From a virus (lineage: Duplodnaviria > Caudoviricetes), in IMG/VR virus record IMGVR_UViG_3300036987_000148, positions 1-61,471 of that record: a stretch of 61,471 nucleotides of DNA; one strand, written 5' to 3'. Below are positions 8,949 through 18,270 of the stretch, in pieces. The position numbers and the translations under genes were made by a program. A model generated the notes under the pieces. The model searched no databases. It saw only the letters and a list, made by a program, of their open reading frames with translations, and was not told the DNA's origin. Positions within the stretch are counted from its first letter, which is position 1. Each line of letters starts with the position of its first letter.

Positions 8949-9581
8949 CTAATTCAAAATGTCGTTCATCAACCGGAATAACCGATCTTGTTTCGAGAAT
9001 ATTCTTTGTGTCAGAAGTTCTCTGGATTCTTTCAGAACTCCAGGATTCATGAATGCGCCAACAACAGAAGGTTCCTGAACGATGTCAAAACAAATGATAG
9101 AAAGGGGAGACTGGACAATCTTTCCATAGACTCCGTTTTTATATCCTTCCTTGACAACGCCCAAGGAGCGAGAAGAAGTACCAATCTTCACGCCATCATT
9201 AATCAAACTTCTTAGAGTTTGACCACGAGGGGTTGACAGGACTTTCATTGTACCCATTAATTTCTTATCGTCCCACCAGATTCTTGTGACCAAATGCGAA
9301 ACCTTATCTAAGGATATCTCCGGGGAATCTTCATGATCTAAGGTTCCAACAGCGCGACTCTCTCTTACTAATTTTTCGTAGTTCTCTGATTCCTCAAGAA
9401 GAACATCATACGGATAGATTCTTTCATTCTGATTCTTTATGTCTGCCTCTTGAAGAATTCCTGTCAGATACAGGGCGTTGTTTTCCTTAACATCTCTTTT
9501 CTGTTCCTCTGTCAGAAGATCGCGACAAACTCCACCATCACATAATTCTCGCCACTCTCGCAGTAGAAATAAATCTGACAC
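8949..9581 (-). CDS. Prohead core protease (T4 gp21-like)
   Basis: GILQEADIKNQNERIYP, GTLDH, VSHLVT, STPRGQ, GTSSRSLG, FDIVQEPS; GTG start. Confidence 0.92.
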   Translation of the reverse strand: MSDLFLLREWRELCDGGVCRDLLTEEQKRDVKENNALYLTGILQEADIKNQNERIYPYDVLLEESENYEKLVRESRAVGTLDHEDSPEISLDKVSHLVTRIWWDDKKLMGTMKVLSTPRGQTLRSLINDGVKIGTSSRSLGVVKEGYKNGVYGKIVQSPLSIICFDIVQEPSVVGAFMNPGVLKESRELLTQRIFSKQDRLFRLMNDILN

Positions 9582-9583
9582 AG

Positions 9584-9673
9584 TTAAGCCCCTTTACAGC
9601 AATGGGTTGGAGGTCTTAGCATCCACTTTCGAATAGAAACGATTCCAATACCTCTTCCAAAATAAACTTTCAT
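9584..9673 (-). CDS. Small 29-aa Cys-Cys peptide (absent from the ORF track)
   Basis: MKVYFGRGIGIVSIRKWMLRPPTHCCKGA*; its ATG overlaps the upstream TGA (ATGA) and it fills the gap before the protease. Confidence 0.6.
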   Translation of the reverse strand: MKVYFGRGIGIVSIRKWMLRPPTHCCKGA

Positions 9674-9903
9674 GATTCTTCTTTCTTTAAATCCCAATCT
9701 GAGATTTCAAACTTGTCCGACCTAAATGCTCCGCGATCAATCAAATGAGAAAAGAGATAGGAAAATTCTTCCTCTGCCTCTTCCGCGCTTGTTTCATCGG
9801 GAACATGGGTCAACACCAACTGAAGGTTGAATCGGATTGATTTCTCAAATCCAACACTCTCAACCTCTTCCTTAATGATTTTTCTTATCTGTCCTTTTTT
9901 CAT
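9670..9903 (-). CDS. Hypothetical protein with MKKGQIRKIIKEE leader
   Basis: 77 aa, ATGA-coupled at both ends. Confidence 0.65.
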   Translation of the reverse strand: MKKGQIRKIIKEEVESVGFEKSIRFNLQLVLTHVPDETSAEEAEEEFSYLFSHLIDRGAFRSDKFEISDWDLKKEES

Positions 9904-10010
9904 TGTTTCCCCAACAGTTGCTTAAACTTCGAAAAGCACCACTTAGCGCCTTCATAGGCGAAAGGTCCAGAAACCAGACCGATAGATAAACCAATCAAAA
10001 AACCTGTCAT
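9900..10010 (-). CDS. Small 36-aa membrane peptide (absent from the ORF track)
   Basis: MTGFLIGLSIGLVSGPFAYEGAKWCFSKFKQLLGKQ*; ATGA overlaps at both ends and GGAG SD upstream. Confidence 0.65.
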   Translation of the reverse strand: MTGFLIGLSIGLVSGPFAYEGAKWCFSKFKQLLGKQ

Positions 10011-10306
10011 TTTTCTCTCCTGATTTTAATCTGCAAACCATCATCATTAAATAGGTTGCACAAAATATACGATGTACCAGAACTGATAGAACCGGACATA
10101 AATTGAGTAACCCCGTCAATGGGGAAACTAAAGAACAAATTCGGGAAAAATGAAAGAAGGACTCCTACCCAAAATCCTATGCACATAGGGCAACTGAAAA
10201 AATGATGTTTTGGGCGTATTCGGTTAAAGATGCTTCCGTATGCCAGAATATTTGTCATTCCAAAACAAATCAGAACAAAGAAGAAGACTTGGATTAACAG
10301 GTGCAT
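10007..10306 (-). CDS. Small membrane protein with CPMCxGFW motif (DUF1360-like)
   Basis: Hydrophobic helices plus FSCPMCIGFWVG. Confidence 0.6.
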   Translation of the reverse strand: MHLLIQVFFFVLICFGMTNILAYGSIFNRIRPKHHFFSCPMCIGFWVGVLLSFFPNLFFSFPIDGVTQFMSGSISSGTSYILCNLFNDDGLQIKIRREK

Positions 10307-10307
10307 G

Positions 10308-11000
10308 TTATTTCAACCTCTTCCCATGTATTGAATATTTCCTTCTTCTATCAATTTTTTCCGGAATATTCTCACAAAGATATTTCCAGGTCTTAAAGTT
10401 AATTATTCCGGTAATAACACTTCTTTCTGTTTTGTACATTTCGGCAATCTTTTTCTGTGTATAATCACCAGTTTCGTACAATTGTCGAATTTCAATAACC
10501 TGCGCTTCTGAGAATCTGGACATTCCGTTTCTCTCGCCTCTGGATGCCTTGGACATTCTTTCTTTTTCTTCCGGCTTTGAGCATCGATCTTTGTTGAAGA
10601 TAGACAGTTTGTTCTTTGTTTCTTCGCTCATTCGCCATTGTCGATCTGTATCAACATAATCGGCGTTATAACCAAACTCCCTGTCTCCAGATTTAAACTT
10701 CTGAAGGTATTCTTTTTCCTTTTCATAGATCGAATTTGGATCATTGACCTTCTCAAGAATTCCAAATTCGAAATTTTTATGTCCATATTTTTTCCAGGCA
10801 GATTGAAGATGGGGATTTTTATGGTTGCCTCTCTCAAGATAGGCAAAATGATCGTTGAAACGCCTAAGAAATTTTACTGTACTTCCAACATAGTATTTTC
10901 CGGAGACTTTGTTCCGAATGAAGTAGATGCCACTTTCAGACAGACTTTGAGTGTCTTCGAGATTTGAGAGGATTATGTTTTTGTTGAGATTCTTAAACAT
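10308..11000 (-). CDS. Free-standing GIY-YIG homing endonuclease (Seg-like)
   Basis: SGIYFIRNKVSGKYYVGS, R...H, HLQSAWKKYG..NF.F.ILE, GYN; NUMOD3-like MSEETKNKLS and a C-terminal HTH. Confidence 0.9.
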   Translation of the reverse strand: MFKNLNKNIILSNLEDTQSLSESGIYFIRNKVSGKYYVGSTVKFLRRFNDHFAYLERGNHKNPHLQSAWKKYGHKNFEFGILEKVNDPNSIYEKEKEYLQKFKSGDREFGYNADYVDTDRQWRMSEETKNKLSIFNKDRCSKPEEKERMSKASRGERNGMSRFSEAQVIEIRQLYETGDYTQKKIAEMYKTERSVITGIINFKTWKYLCENIPEKIDRRRKYSIHGKRLK

Positions 11001-11006
11001 ATAATA

Positions 11007-11522
11007 TTACTCAAAAAATGAATATGTATTTTTAATGTAGGGTGGTCTTAGGGTTCCCGCTGATCTTTTTTGAGGAACCTCACCCAACTCGGTACTCTCA
11101 TCACCATCAGGATTCAGAAGACTCTGTTCATATTCTTCTTCATATTTTTCCATTGCTTCATAGTAAGGAAGAATTTGATCAATATGTTTCTTGATCGCCA
11201 AAAGAACCTCGTTCAAAACATCCCGATTATCAGAAGCCGTCAGAAAATCCGCTTCCATCGCATTAAAGACATTTCCGGCACGAACAGAATCATAGTTGAT
11301 AATTCCTGCCTTCATTAGACAGCCGTAAAGCCTCTCCTGAGATTCGTAAACATGATCCCCTAGCATATCTTTTGCAAAGGCTGTGATTTTGTTCTTCGGA
11401 GGATCAATCACAATATCCAACACCGGATGTTCAAGGACAATAATTTTCCCGTCCAAAGCCTTCTTAAAGTACAGGCTTCTTTTGGGATCTTTCTCTCCGA
11501 CCTTGACAGTTATTTCAGCCAT
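11007..11522 (-). CDS. Conserved hypothetical protein (head module)
   Basis: 171 aa; PDGDESTELGEVPQ motif; in operon order. Confidence 0.6.
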   Translation of the reverse strand: MAEITVKVGEKDPKRSLYFKKALDGKIIVLEHPVLDIVIDPPKNKITAFAKDMLGDHVYESQERLYGCLMKAGIINYDSVRAGNVFNAMEADFLTASDNRDVLNEVLLAIKKHIDQILPYYEAMEKYEEEYEQSLLNPDGDESTELGEVPQKRSAGTLRPPYIKNTYSFFE

Positions 11523-11524
11523 AT

Positions 11525-12361
11525 TTATGTTTCTCTAACTAGTTGTTGAATCTTCATGATCTTTGTGATATCATTAATGGTTAACTCTTGTTTCTGAAAA
11601 TCTTCCAGAAGAGTTTGAATCTTCTTTGCTCTGTCCTGAAGATCGGCATCCTTTTTTACTGTTTCTTCCTTGAGAAGATTTGCGCAACCTTCCTTTAGTC
11701 TGCCAATCTCTTCGTTCAGAAATTGTTTTAGTTCAATAAATCCACCCTCATCAAAGGAAAGAATGAATTTTTCCAGAAGGGCTTTCTGTTCGGTTAGAAG
11801 ATTATCCCTGTATGCAACGTTAAATTTTTCCAGGAATAACTTCAATGTCAGATTGCTGATTGGTTCTAGTTTTTCTTCATCGCGATCTTTCAAAAGGCGA
11901 GAAGAAACAACATCCTCCAGAAGAATTCTTTGCTCTGGAGTTCCCAATTTATGAAACAATTGATAGAGGGTTGCGAGGTTCTTGTAATTCGGGACAAAGA
12001 CAGAATCGATATTAACCGAATTATTCTTGATTTCCTTCAGAAGATCGGTCTGTTGTTCGAATATTTGTTTGGCGGAAAGAAAGGAATATTCTTCCAATGC
12101 TTTCTCTACCAATCGAATTGCCATGGTTCTATCTGAAGCCTTCTGTTCCGACAGAAAGTTGTACAGCCTTAATTCTTTTCCAAGCACAGAAGAAGGAGAA
12201 AAATGCTCGCGAAGAATATTTGAAATGCTTTGTGCCTGTTCTGTTTTCTTCTGAATTCTGGCTAATGCAATGGATCGAATCAAAGCCTCAAATAGAAATG
12301 CGGTATTCCGCCTCTTGTTATGCTTGAATCGAATCTTGTTTTTTTCTGTTTGTTGCATCAA
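11525..12361 (-). CDS. Conserved helical protein downstream of the portal
   Basis: KHNKRRNTAFLFEALIR, VPNYKNLATLYQLF; ATGA-coupled to the portal. Confidence 0.6.
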   Translation of the reverse strand: MMQQTEKNKIRFKHNKRRNTAFLFEALIRSIALARIQKKTEQAQSISNILREHFSPSSVLGKELRLYNFLSEQKASDRTMAIRLVEKALEEYSFLSAKQIFEQQTDLLKEIKNNSVNIDSVFVPNYKNLATLYQLFHKLGTPEQRILLEDVVSSRLLKDRDEEKLEPISNLTLKLFLEKFNVAYRDNLLTEQKALLEKFILSFDEGGFIELKQFLNEEIGRLKEGCANLLKEETVKKDADLQDRAKKIQTLLEDFQKQELTINDITKIMKIQQLVRET

Positions 12362-15228
12362 TTTTGCTCTTTCGACTCCAAGGAATTCTCTAATCTTTCC
12401 AACAGGGTTTTCAATCCATAATTAGTCTTGAAAATTTCTTTTTCCAGGTCTTCTTCTTTCTTGCTTTCCGCGATTCCATATGCTAGGCTCTGCAATTCCG
12501 CAAGACCCTTGAAGACATTTCGCTTTGTATTTCGGGTTAACTCTTTCGAGTATTTGCCTTGTTCGTGCCTCTTCCTTGCCCCGTGAGGGCGTTTATCATT
12601 CGTGACGCCCGTATATTCCTTTCCCTTTGAACCAGGGGTTAAATGGGGCTTTCCAGGCTTAGGTTCGTCATATAAATCTTCGGACTCTTTCTTTCCTGGA
12701 GGAAGTTCAGGTTCGGTTTCCATGTCTGGTGCCGCTAGAAGGGTATCCTCTTCTGGTGCTTCTTCTGGTTCTTCCCCTATATCTTCCTGGAATTCATCAA
12801 ACTCATCATCAACCGAGGTTCCTGCGGGTTCCTCTCCACCAAAGGAGAAACCACCGCCCATACCACCACCTTCAGATTCTCCGGCAGATTCCATGGCAGC
12901 ATCCATCTTGGCATCGTAGAATCTCTCTCTTTGAATTCTTAGCCATTCCTCTTCGGTTAGACCCAAGATATTTGAAGAAATCCAACGAGTGCTGAAAAAT
13001 TCCTTTGCCGAACTTGCAACATCTAGTTTTGTATTCCAGAAATCAAGTTCTTGCATTTCAGCAATCTTTGAGGGATTGTTCAGGGACAATTCGAATTTCA
13101 GAAGATCCTCTCCCCGGAAACCTAACGTAAACAAATGGACCACAGCAAGTTTGGTTAATTCAGCAACCACAGACCTTTGCAGTCTTTGAATGGTTCTGGC
13201 AAATCGGATATCCTTTTGTGCCAGTGTCGTTTTGTCTTCCATTCCTTCTGATTGCACAAGATAAGAAGCAGGAACCTTCAATGCTGAGAATAATTGATCC
13301 CTGAAGATTTTCAGATCGTCAACATCTCCGGTATAGGAACCTCCCGGAAGACTTTCAATTTTTGTGCCAGAATTTGCGCCTCTAATCGGCAAGTAGAAAT
13401 CTGTCTCAGTCGAATTTTTAATGATTACGCCATCTTGCAGGATTTCATAACCCCCCCCAACTAAGTCCCTTTTCGAACAAACCGCAAAATTATGACGATC
13501 TTGCTCTCCCCTTGGACCCTCAATTGTCATACAATAAACATCGTGACCTTCGGGAAATTCAACAACCTCAATTCTAGAAACCTTTTTTTCTTTTTCGCCC
13601 AAAGGAAACGGCATCAAAGAATCATCAACCTTTAATTCATCTGCCCTTTTCTGTGTTCCGTCCCTCAAAATAAAAGGATGCTCAGGTGCCGTCAAAATAT
13701 GGCTATTATCATCCAACCAAACCTTAATTAATTTGTTTGCCGTATAGTTTTTTCCGCACCAAACAACTTTACCGGGAACAAGCCGATTAGTTCCATCTTC
13801 TACTGAATATGTCCACAGATCCTTTTTCTCTTCAAATTCTCTTGCAACCTGTTCAATGGTCAACGTTCTGCCGTCTAGCAAAGGAACCGGGCTATCCTTG
13901 GAGATGGGCATAACCCTATGACGCATATCCACATTCCCGGTATTCTCATCAACAATTGAATGTCTCTTGTGACTGGTAATTACCTTCTGAATATATTCTT
14001 CAACGTCCTTTGGTTCAATTCCACCAACATCAATGTAGAAAACCCTACGCTCAGGGGAATTATGAACTACGCAACCATTTGCAATGAAGTTGTGGCAGTC
14101 ATTGTCAACACGAATATCAAAAACATCCGAGTATTCATCCGTCGCTGAACAACTTAGAATATCTTCGAATAAAGGAGAATCTTGTTCTGGCAAAACAAAC
14201 TGATGCACTTGCGGAATAATATCTGCAACATTAACATATTCAATTAATTCCGTTTTCTTATTCCGGACCAAAATAGGATGGTTTTCGTTGGCTTTGATTT
14301 CCCTGTGCTTCGAAGAAATTGACCAAATCTGTTGTTCCCCGTTATTAATCCAATCAGTAACGTTTGACAGCACAACTTGATTATCTTTGTCATAGGAGAA
14401 AATCTTATCTCCCTTGCGAACATCTTTGATCTTCTTGTATCCTTCGGGGGTCCAAATATCAGAATCCCCATGCAGACACCTTACAATTCGATACGAAATA
14501 ATAGCATCCTGCAACAGAATATACTGACGGAATACCCTTCTCGCACCATCCAGGATCGATGTCCCATAAGGTGCATACTTGTCAATTCCTAGAATTCTGA
14601 AATGTGCCATCTGCCAATTCTCAAAGGTTAAACCTCCGGAGTTCCACTGAAATTGAACATAGGTCGGATTTGTTTTATCTGTTCCTTCCATTCTTTCAAT
14701 TTCACGGACAGGAAGACCAATTCCTCCCTTTACTCCAAGTTTGGGATCAATATCAAGGTACAGGAAGAAATCTCCATATTTGACCGTTGATCTAACCCAA
14801 CTGAAAAGGTTCTGTTCAATATTCAGAACATCATAGAAGAGAGTTCGCAGAATGCTTTTGATTTCCGAATTTGGGCAATTAATCTTCAGAAGCGGTTGCA
14901 GAGAATTACTATAGGTAATCTCATCAACATAAATGTCAAGGCTTGAATGAATCTCCGGAACAAACTCCATGGAATCATAATCTGTGTATCTTTGCAAACG
15001 GTTTTGATTCATCAGGGTATGAAGCCTTAACGAATCAACAACATCCCCATAAAATTCTTTTCGAAACGATGCTCCGGAAGCAGAGGTAAACTTGTATTTG
15101 TTGAGTTCAATTCTTTTGAGTTGAGAAGGACTCTGTTGCTTATACTTTGCGATTGGACCGGAAAGTAACGTGGTTAACTTTCGATATAGTTCAGAATTCG
15201 GATTGTAAGGATTCCGTGGTTCAGACAT
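12358..15228 (-). CDS. Portal protein (T4 gp20-like) containing two inteins; about 651 aa after splicing
   Basis: RYTDYDSME..EIHSSLDIY.DE, VKYGDFFL, PYGTSIL, YRIVR|SPERRVFYIDVG, DFYLPIRG..GTKIESLPGG, LFSALKVP, DIRFARTIQRLQ. Confidence 0.95.
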   Translation of the reverse strand: MSEPRNPYNPNSELYRKLTTLLSGPIAKYKQQSPSQLKRIELNKYKFTSASGASFRKEFYGDVVDSLRLHTLMNQNRLQRYTDYDSMEFVPEIHSSLDIYVDEITYSNSLQPLLKINCPNSEIKSILRTLFYDVLNIEQNLFSWVRSTVKYGDFFLYLDIDPKLGVKGGIGLPVREIERMEGTDKTNPTYVQFQWNSGGLTFENWQMAHFRILGIDKYAPYGTSILDGARRVFRQYILLQDAIISYRIVRCLHGDSDIWTPEGYKKIKDVRKGDKIFSYDKDNQVVLSNVTDWINNGEQQIWSISSKHREIKANENHPILVRNKKTELIEYVNVADIIPQVHQFVLPEQDSPLFEDILSCSATDEYSDVFDIRVDNDCHNFIANGCVVHNSPERRVFYIDVGGIEPKDVEEYIQKVITSHKRHSIVDENTGNVDMRHRVMPISKDSPVPLLDGRTLTIEQVAREFEEKKDLWTYSVEDGTNRLVPGKVVWCGKNYTANKLIKVWLDDNSHILTAPEHPFILRDGTQKRADELKVDDSLMPFPLGEKEKKVSRIEVVEFPEGHDVYCMTIEGPRGEQDRHNFAVCSKRDLVGGGYEILQDGVIIKNSTETDFYLPIRGANSGTKIESLPGGSYTGDVDDLKIFRDQLFSALKVPASYLVQSEGMEDKTTLAQKDIRFARTIQRLQRSVVAELTKLAVVHLFTLGFRGEDLLKFELSLNNPSKIAEMQELDFWNTKLDVASSAKEFFSTRWISSNILGLTEEEWLRIQRERFYDAKMDAAMESAGESEGGGMGGGFSFGGEEPAGTSVDDEFDEFQEDIGEEPEEAPEEDTLLAAPDMETEPELPPGKKESEDLYDEPKPGKPHLTPGSKGKEYTGVTNDKRPHGARKRHEQGKYSKELTRNTKRNVFKGLAELQSLAYGIAESKKEEDLEKEIFKTNYGLKTLLERLENSLESKEQN
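13414..13908 (-). mobile_element. Atypical mini-intein 2 in the portal (165 aa, Pro1, class-3-like)
   Basis: Starts PISKDSPVPLLDG; block B TAPEHPF; block F DVYCMTI; ends GVIIKN followed by Ser. Removing it restores DMRHRVM-STETDFYLPIRG. Confidence 0.85.
14059..14478 (-). mobile_element. Canonical mini-intein 1 in the portal (140 aa)
   Basis: Starts CLHGDSDI; block B ANENHPIL; block F VFDIRV; ends HNFIANGCVVHN followed by Ser. Removing it restores YRIVR-SPERRVF. Confidence 0.92.
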
Positions 15229-15244
15229 TGATTATTTCTTTCTT

Positions 15245-16837
15245 TTATCCCTCGAACACCCAAGCAAAATTCTTGTAGTGATCTTCTCGATCTGAGAGAG
15301 AACGAATTACCGAATCTCTCTTCACATTATAACCCACTTGACCAGGAACTTTAACCTCCGAGGTCTTGTTGAGAATAACAATTGAATCAATCAATGCCTT
15401 CTTCATCAAAGAATCTCTCTGAGAATTGACAAGAACCGTATCGTGAACCCAACAACCAATTGCCAGAGACAGAATCAAATCGTCATGATATTGTTTTGTC
15501 ATAGGTTCCGGACGGCTATTCTTCCAGACAAATGTTTTCATCTCGTTGATAAGCCTCAAAGAAAACGTTTTGAGAACTCCCATTCTCACATACTCTTCAA
15601 GTTTTGCGATAAGCAGAATTCTGTTCTTTGGTCCTGTATTGAATCCAGGAACCAAATTATCCAAATCTGCTTCAAGGGCATCAACCTGTTCATGAGAACT
15701 TTTTTTCTCATAGTACATATTCTTGTAGCCAAATTCCAAAATCTTGGACGCTGTCATGTATCCCAGGTTATTGTTTTCCGGTATAACTAGAGCATGGTTA
15801 TAATCTGTTGCCGTGTTCTTGATCATCAGCGCGTACATATCAATGTTCAGTTTCCCTTGATATTCTGCGACACACATGAAATTATCAACATCAATCACAT
15901 GAAACGCGGAATAATCCGAAGCATCGCCTCTGGCGGTATCCGCGACAAGCATGTATCTTTTGTCTGGTTTCGGAAATTCCCATATCCAAAGATTTTTGTC
16001 ATATCCGGTTTTTTCAACAGGCTCTAGAATTTTCTTTTCCAGTTTTTCGATATCTGCGGTATCTATGACAGAATCTCCGGACATCAGGAAGGAACATTCC
16101 AATTCCTGAGCGATCTGCCTTTTTGACATTGCTTTGGTTTCGTTTTCAAACCATTCGTTGTCCCTATCTGGATGAAGACTCCAATGCAATTGAATCGGTT
16201 TAAAGTCGTTTAGATTTGCTTCTGCGTCTGTGTATATCTTATGAAACCAATTTCCTGCGCCTTTTGGGGAAGAAAGAGCAATGCAGGAACCTCCGGTCGA
16301 AAGACCCGGATAAATACCTGCCCAAAGTTCTTCCATGCCCTCAATGTGTGCTGCTTCGTCAACAATCAGTAAGGACACCGCTTCCGACCTTCCGGCATCT
16401 CCAGAGGTTGTAGAAGCAACAGCAATCGAATCATTTGCCAGTCCAAAACTTCTTTCATTGTCTGTTGTGACAGCGGCAATCTTAAGCCAATCAGGAAGAT
16501 TCCGATGAATTCTCTTCATCTTCTTTATGAGATTCGATGCTGTCTTTAATTGCGTTGCCACAACCAAAACAAACTTGCCCTTCTGAAAAAGCAAATACCA
16601 CATCGCATAACCGGCAATAAGCGTGGATATGCCCATCTGACGGGCTTTAAGCACGGCAACAAACCGGTTAGCGCGAAAGTCCTTGAGAACTTCCTTCTGA
16701 AATGGATATAATCGGAAAGGGATGATTCCCTTCATTGGATGGCTTATCTTTGCATAATTTTCGACGAAATAGAGGGGATCTTTGCTACACTGTACAATTT
16801 CTTTGAGGATTTCTTGTTTTGTTAATCGAATTGACAT
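15245..16837 (-). CDS. Terminase large subunit (T4 gp17-like)
   Basis: LYPFQ, Walker A KARQMGIST, Walker B LLIVDEAA, nuclease motifs VADTARG..DYSA and HDDLILS. Confidence 0.95.
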   Translation of the reverse strand: MSIRLTKQEILKEIVQCSKDPLYFVENYAKISHPMKGIIPFRLYPFQKEVLKDFRANRFVAVLKARQMGISTLIAGYAMWYLLFQKGKFVLVVATQLKTASNLIKKMKRIHRNLPDWLKIAAVTTDNERSFGLANDSIAVASTTSGDAGRSEAVSLLIVDEAAHIEGMEELWAGIYPGLSTGGSCIALSSPKGAGNWFHKIYTDAEANLNDFKPIQLHWSLHPDRDNEWFENETKAMSKRQIAQELECSFLMSGDSVIDTADIEKLEKKILEPVEKTGYDKNLWIWEFPKPDKRYMLVADTARGDASDYSAFHVIDVDNFMCVAEYQGKLNIDMYALMIKNTATDYNHALVIPENNNLGYMTASKILEFGYKNMYYEKKSSHEQVDALEADLDNLVPGFNTGPKNRILLIAKLEEYVRMGVLKTFSLRLINEMKTFVWKNSRPEPMTKQYHDDLILSLAIGCWVHDTVLVNSQRDSLMKKALIDSIVILNKTSEVKVPGQVGYNVKRDSVIRSLSDREDHYKNFAWVFEG

Positions 16838-16848
16838 AACTCTTCATT

Positions 16849-17391
16849 TTACTTATAGAATTCTTGTATGCTCTTTGTCTCCGGATATTTTCCTTTTCTG
16901 CCCAAAGAAAGGAACCTTTTGACGGTATCATCCAGTTTCTTCGCGGAAGGTTCTCTCATATTTTCTGAATCTTTGAGATTGCCTACTTCGAAGTTCTGAA
17001 TTCCTCGTACAATAACCCTTCTTCCAGAAACAGGTTCAACGAAGACACTTACTTTGGATGGATTGGTTAGATTGAGTTCCCCGTTAGCAAATCTCTTGTA
17101 TTCCTTCTTGAGAAAGGTTACAATATCTTTCATGATCTTTGAGACTTCGGTATGCACATCTTTTTTGTGAATTGTCTCTAGGGTTTCTTCGCAATGATAT
17201 TTGACAATCAGAGTCTTTCCGGATAACTTGACATTGAATCCGTCCATAACCCGAGGATCTTTGATGTCTTCTCCCTGTTCTCTGGCTAATCCGATCTTGT
17301 TTGGTTCTCCTTTTTCATCTGTTGAACCATCATGCTTATTTGCAATTGCCTGAGAGATTCCGGTTAAAACTTCTAATACTGTTGCTGCCAT
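16849..17391 (-). CDS. Conserved hypothetical protein upstream of the terminase
   Basis: 180 aa; HDG...IGL.RE.G...DPRVMDGF.V motif. Confidence 0.6.
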   Translation of the reverse strand: MAATVLEVLTGISQAIANKHDGSTDEKGEPNKIGLAREQGEDIKDPRVMDGFNVKLSGKTLIVKYHCEETLETIHKKDVHTEVSKIMKDIVTFLKKEYKRFANGELNLTNPSKVSVFVEPVSGRRVIVRGIQNFEVGNLKDSENMREPSAKKLDDTVKRFLSLGRKGKYPETKSIQEFYK

Positions 17392-17394
17392 TTT

Positions 17395-17775
17395 TTATTT
17401 CCCTTCAACTGGTCGCCAACCAGACATCCATCTTTCTTCTCTGCCATCAATATACTTCACAAAACAACCATAGCAACAACCAAATCTGGTCATGTAAATA
17501 TCGTCCTGCGAACTAAAAGAATAGCATTGACAGAAAGGGCACAATCTCTCCTGGCTATTTTTAATTAGTGTCTCTTTTTCTATTTCCTGCCCTAACCGCA
17601 CAATCTTTGAAATGTTTTTCCTTTTCTTAGCCAGAACCTTAAGTTGCTCGCGATAGGCTTTTTCCTTTTCTTCATCCCATAAAGAACGAGGATTGACAAC
17701 CGCATCAGCCCCATATTTCTCAGATATCGCCTTTTCCAAGGCAGCAACATCATTCCAATCAGTTTGCTTTTCCAT
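17395..17775 (-). CDS. Hypothetical Zn-binding protein
   Basis: CPFC...CCYGC..YIDGREERW. Confidence 0.6.
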   Translation of the reverse strand: MEKQTDWNDVAALEKAISEKYGADAVVNPRSLWDEEKEKAYREQLKVLAKKRKNISKIVRLGQEIEKETLIKNSQERLCPFCQCYSFSSQDDIYMTRFGCCYGCFVKYIDGREERWMSGWRPVEGK

Positions 17776-17778
17776 TTA

Positions 17779-18270
17779 TCACCGTGACTCTTTGACGACA
17801 AAGAACAGCACAATTGTAACCACAATTCCCGCAGCAGCACCACCAGCGAACCAATACAAAGAATTGGAACTATTTGATTTCTCTACAATCTTTTTCAGTC
17901 TTTGAATTTCTTCATCTTTGATCTGTTCAATCTTCGAGGTTCTTTCAAAGAGGGAATCATAGGAAATTTGCAGGGAATCAAATCTAAGGTCTTTCTCTGC
18001 GACCAATTTCCGAATTTCGTATTCATTCTGAAGATTGACCCTTTCAATTGCGATATCAAAATCAACGACCAATTTAATCGTAGAGGCAGGGGTGAACAGA
18101 TATCCGTCAAAAGGTGCAGGCTGAGACTTCATGACATAGGTAAAGCCTGTTGTCAATCTATTTGAGGAACCCGGCATCTCTTGAGCAACCGCAGAAAGAG
18201 GAAGAAACAGAAGAAGAAAAATCAAATACCTAGATACATTTTGTACAAAAATTGATTGCTTATTGAACAT
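17779..18270 (-). CDS. Secreted coiled-coil protein with C-terminal TM (spanin-like candidate)
   Basis: Likely start at 18270 (MFNKQ); signal peptide LLLFLPLSAVA|QE, coiled coil, C-terminal hydrophobic helix. Confidence 0.5.
   Translation of the reverse strand: MFNKQSIFVQNVSRYLIFLLLFLPLSAVAQEMPGSSNRLTTGFTYVMKSQPAPFDGYLFTPASTIKLVVDFDIAIERVNLQNEYEIRKLVAEKDLRFDSLQISYDSLFERTSKIEQIKDEEIQRLKKIVEKSNSSNSLYWFAGGAAAGIVVTIVLFFVVKESR

Noticed and set aside
10308-11000. GIY-YIG gene as part of a group I intron
   Set aside because: Flanking ORFs end and start within a few nt of it and look complete, leaving no room for a ribozyme core.
13451-13458. C8 homopolymer as a phase-variation or frameshift site
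   Set aside because: It encodes Val-Gly-Gly-Gly in an intein loop and the reading frame is intact.
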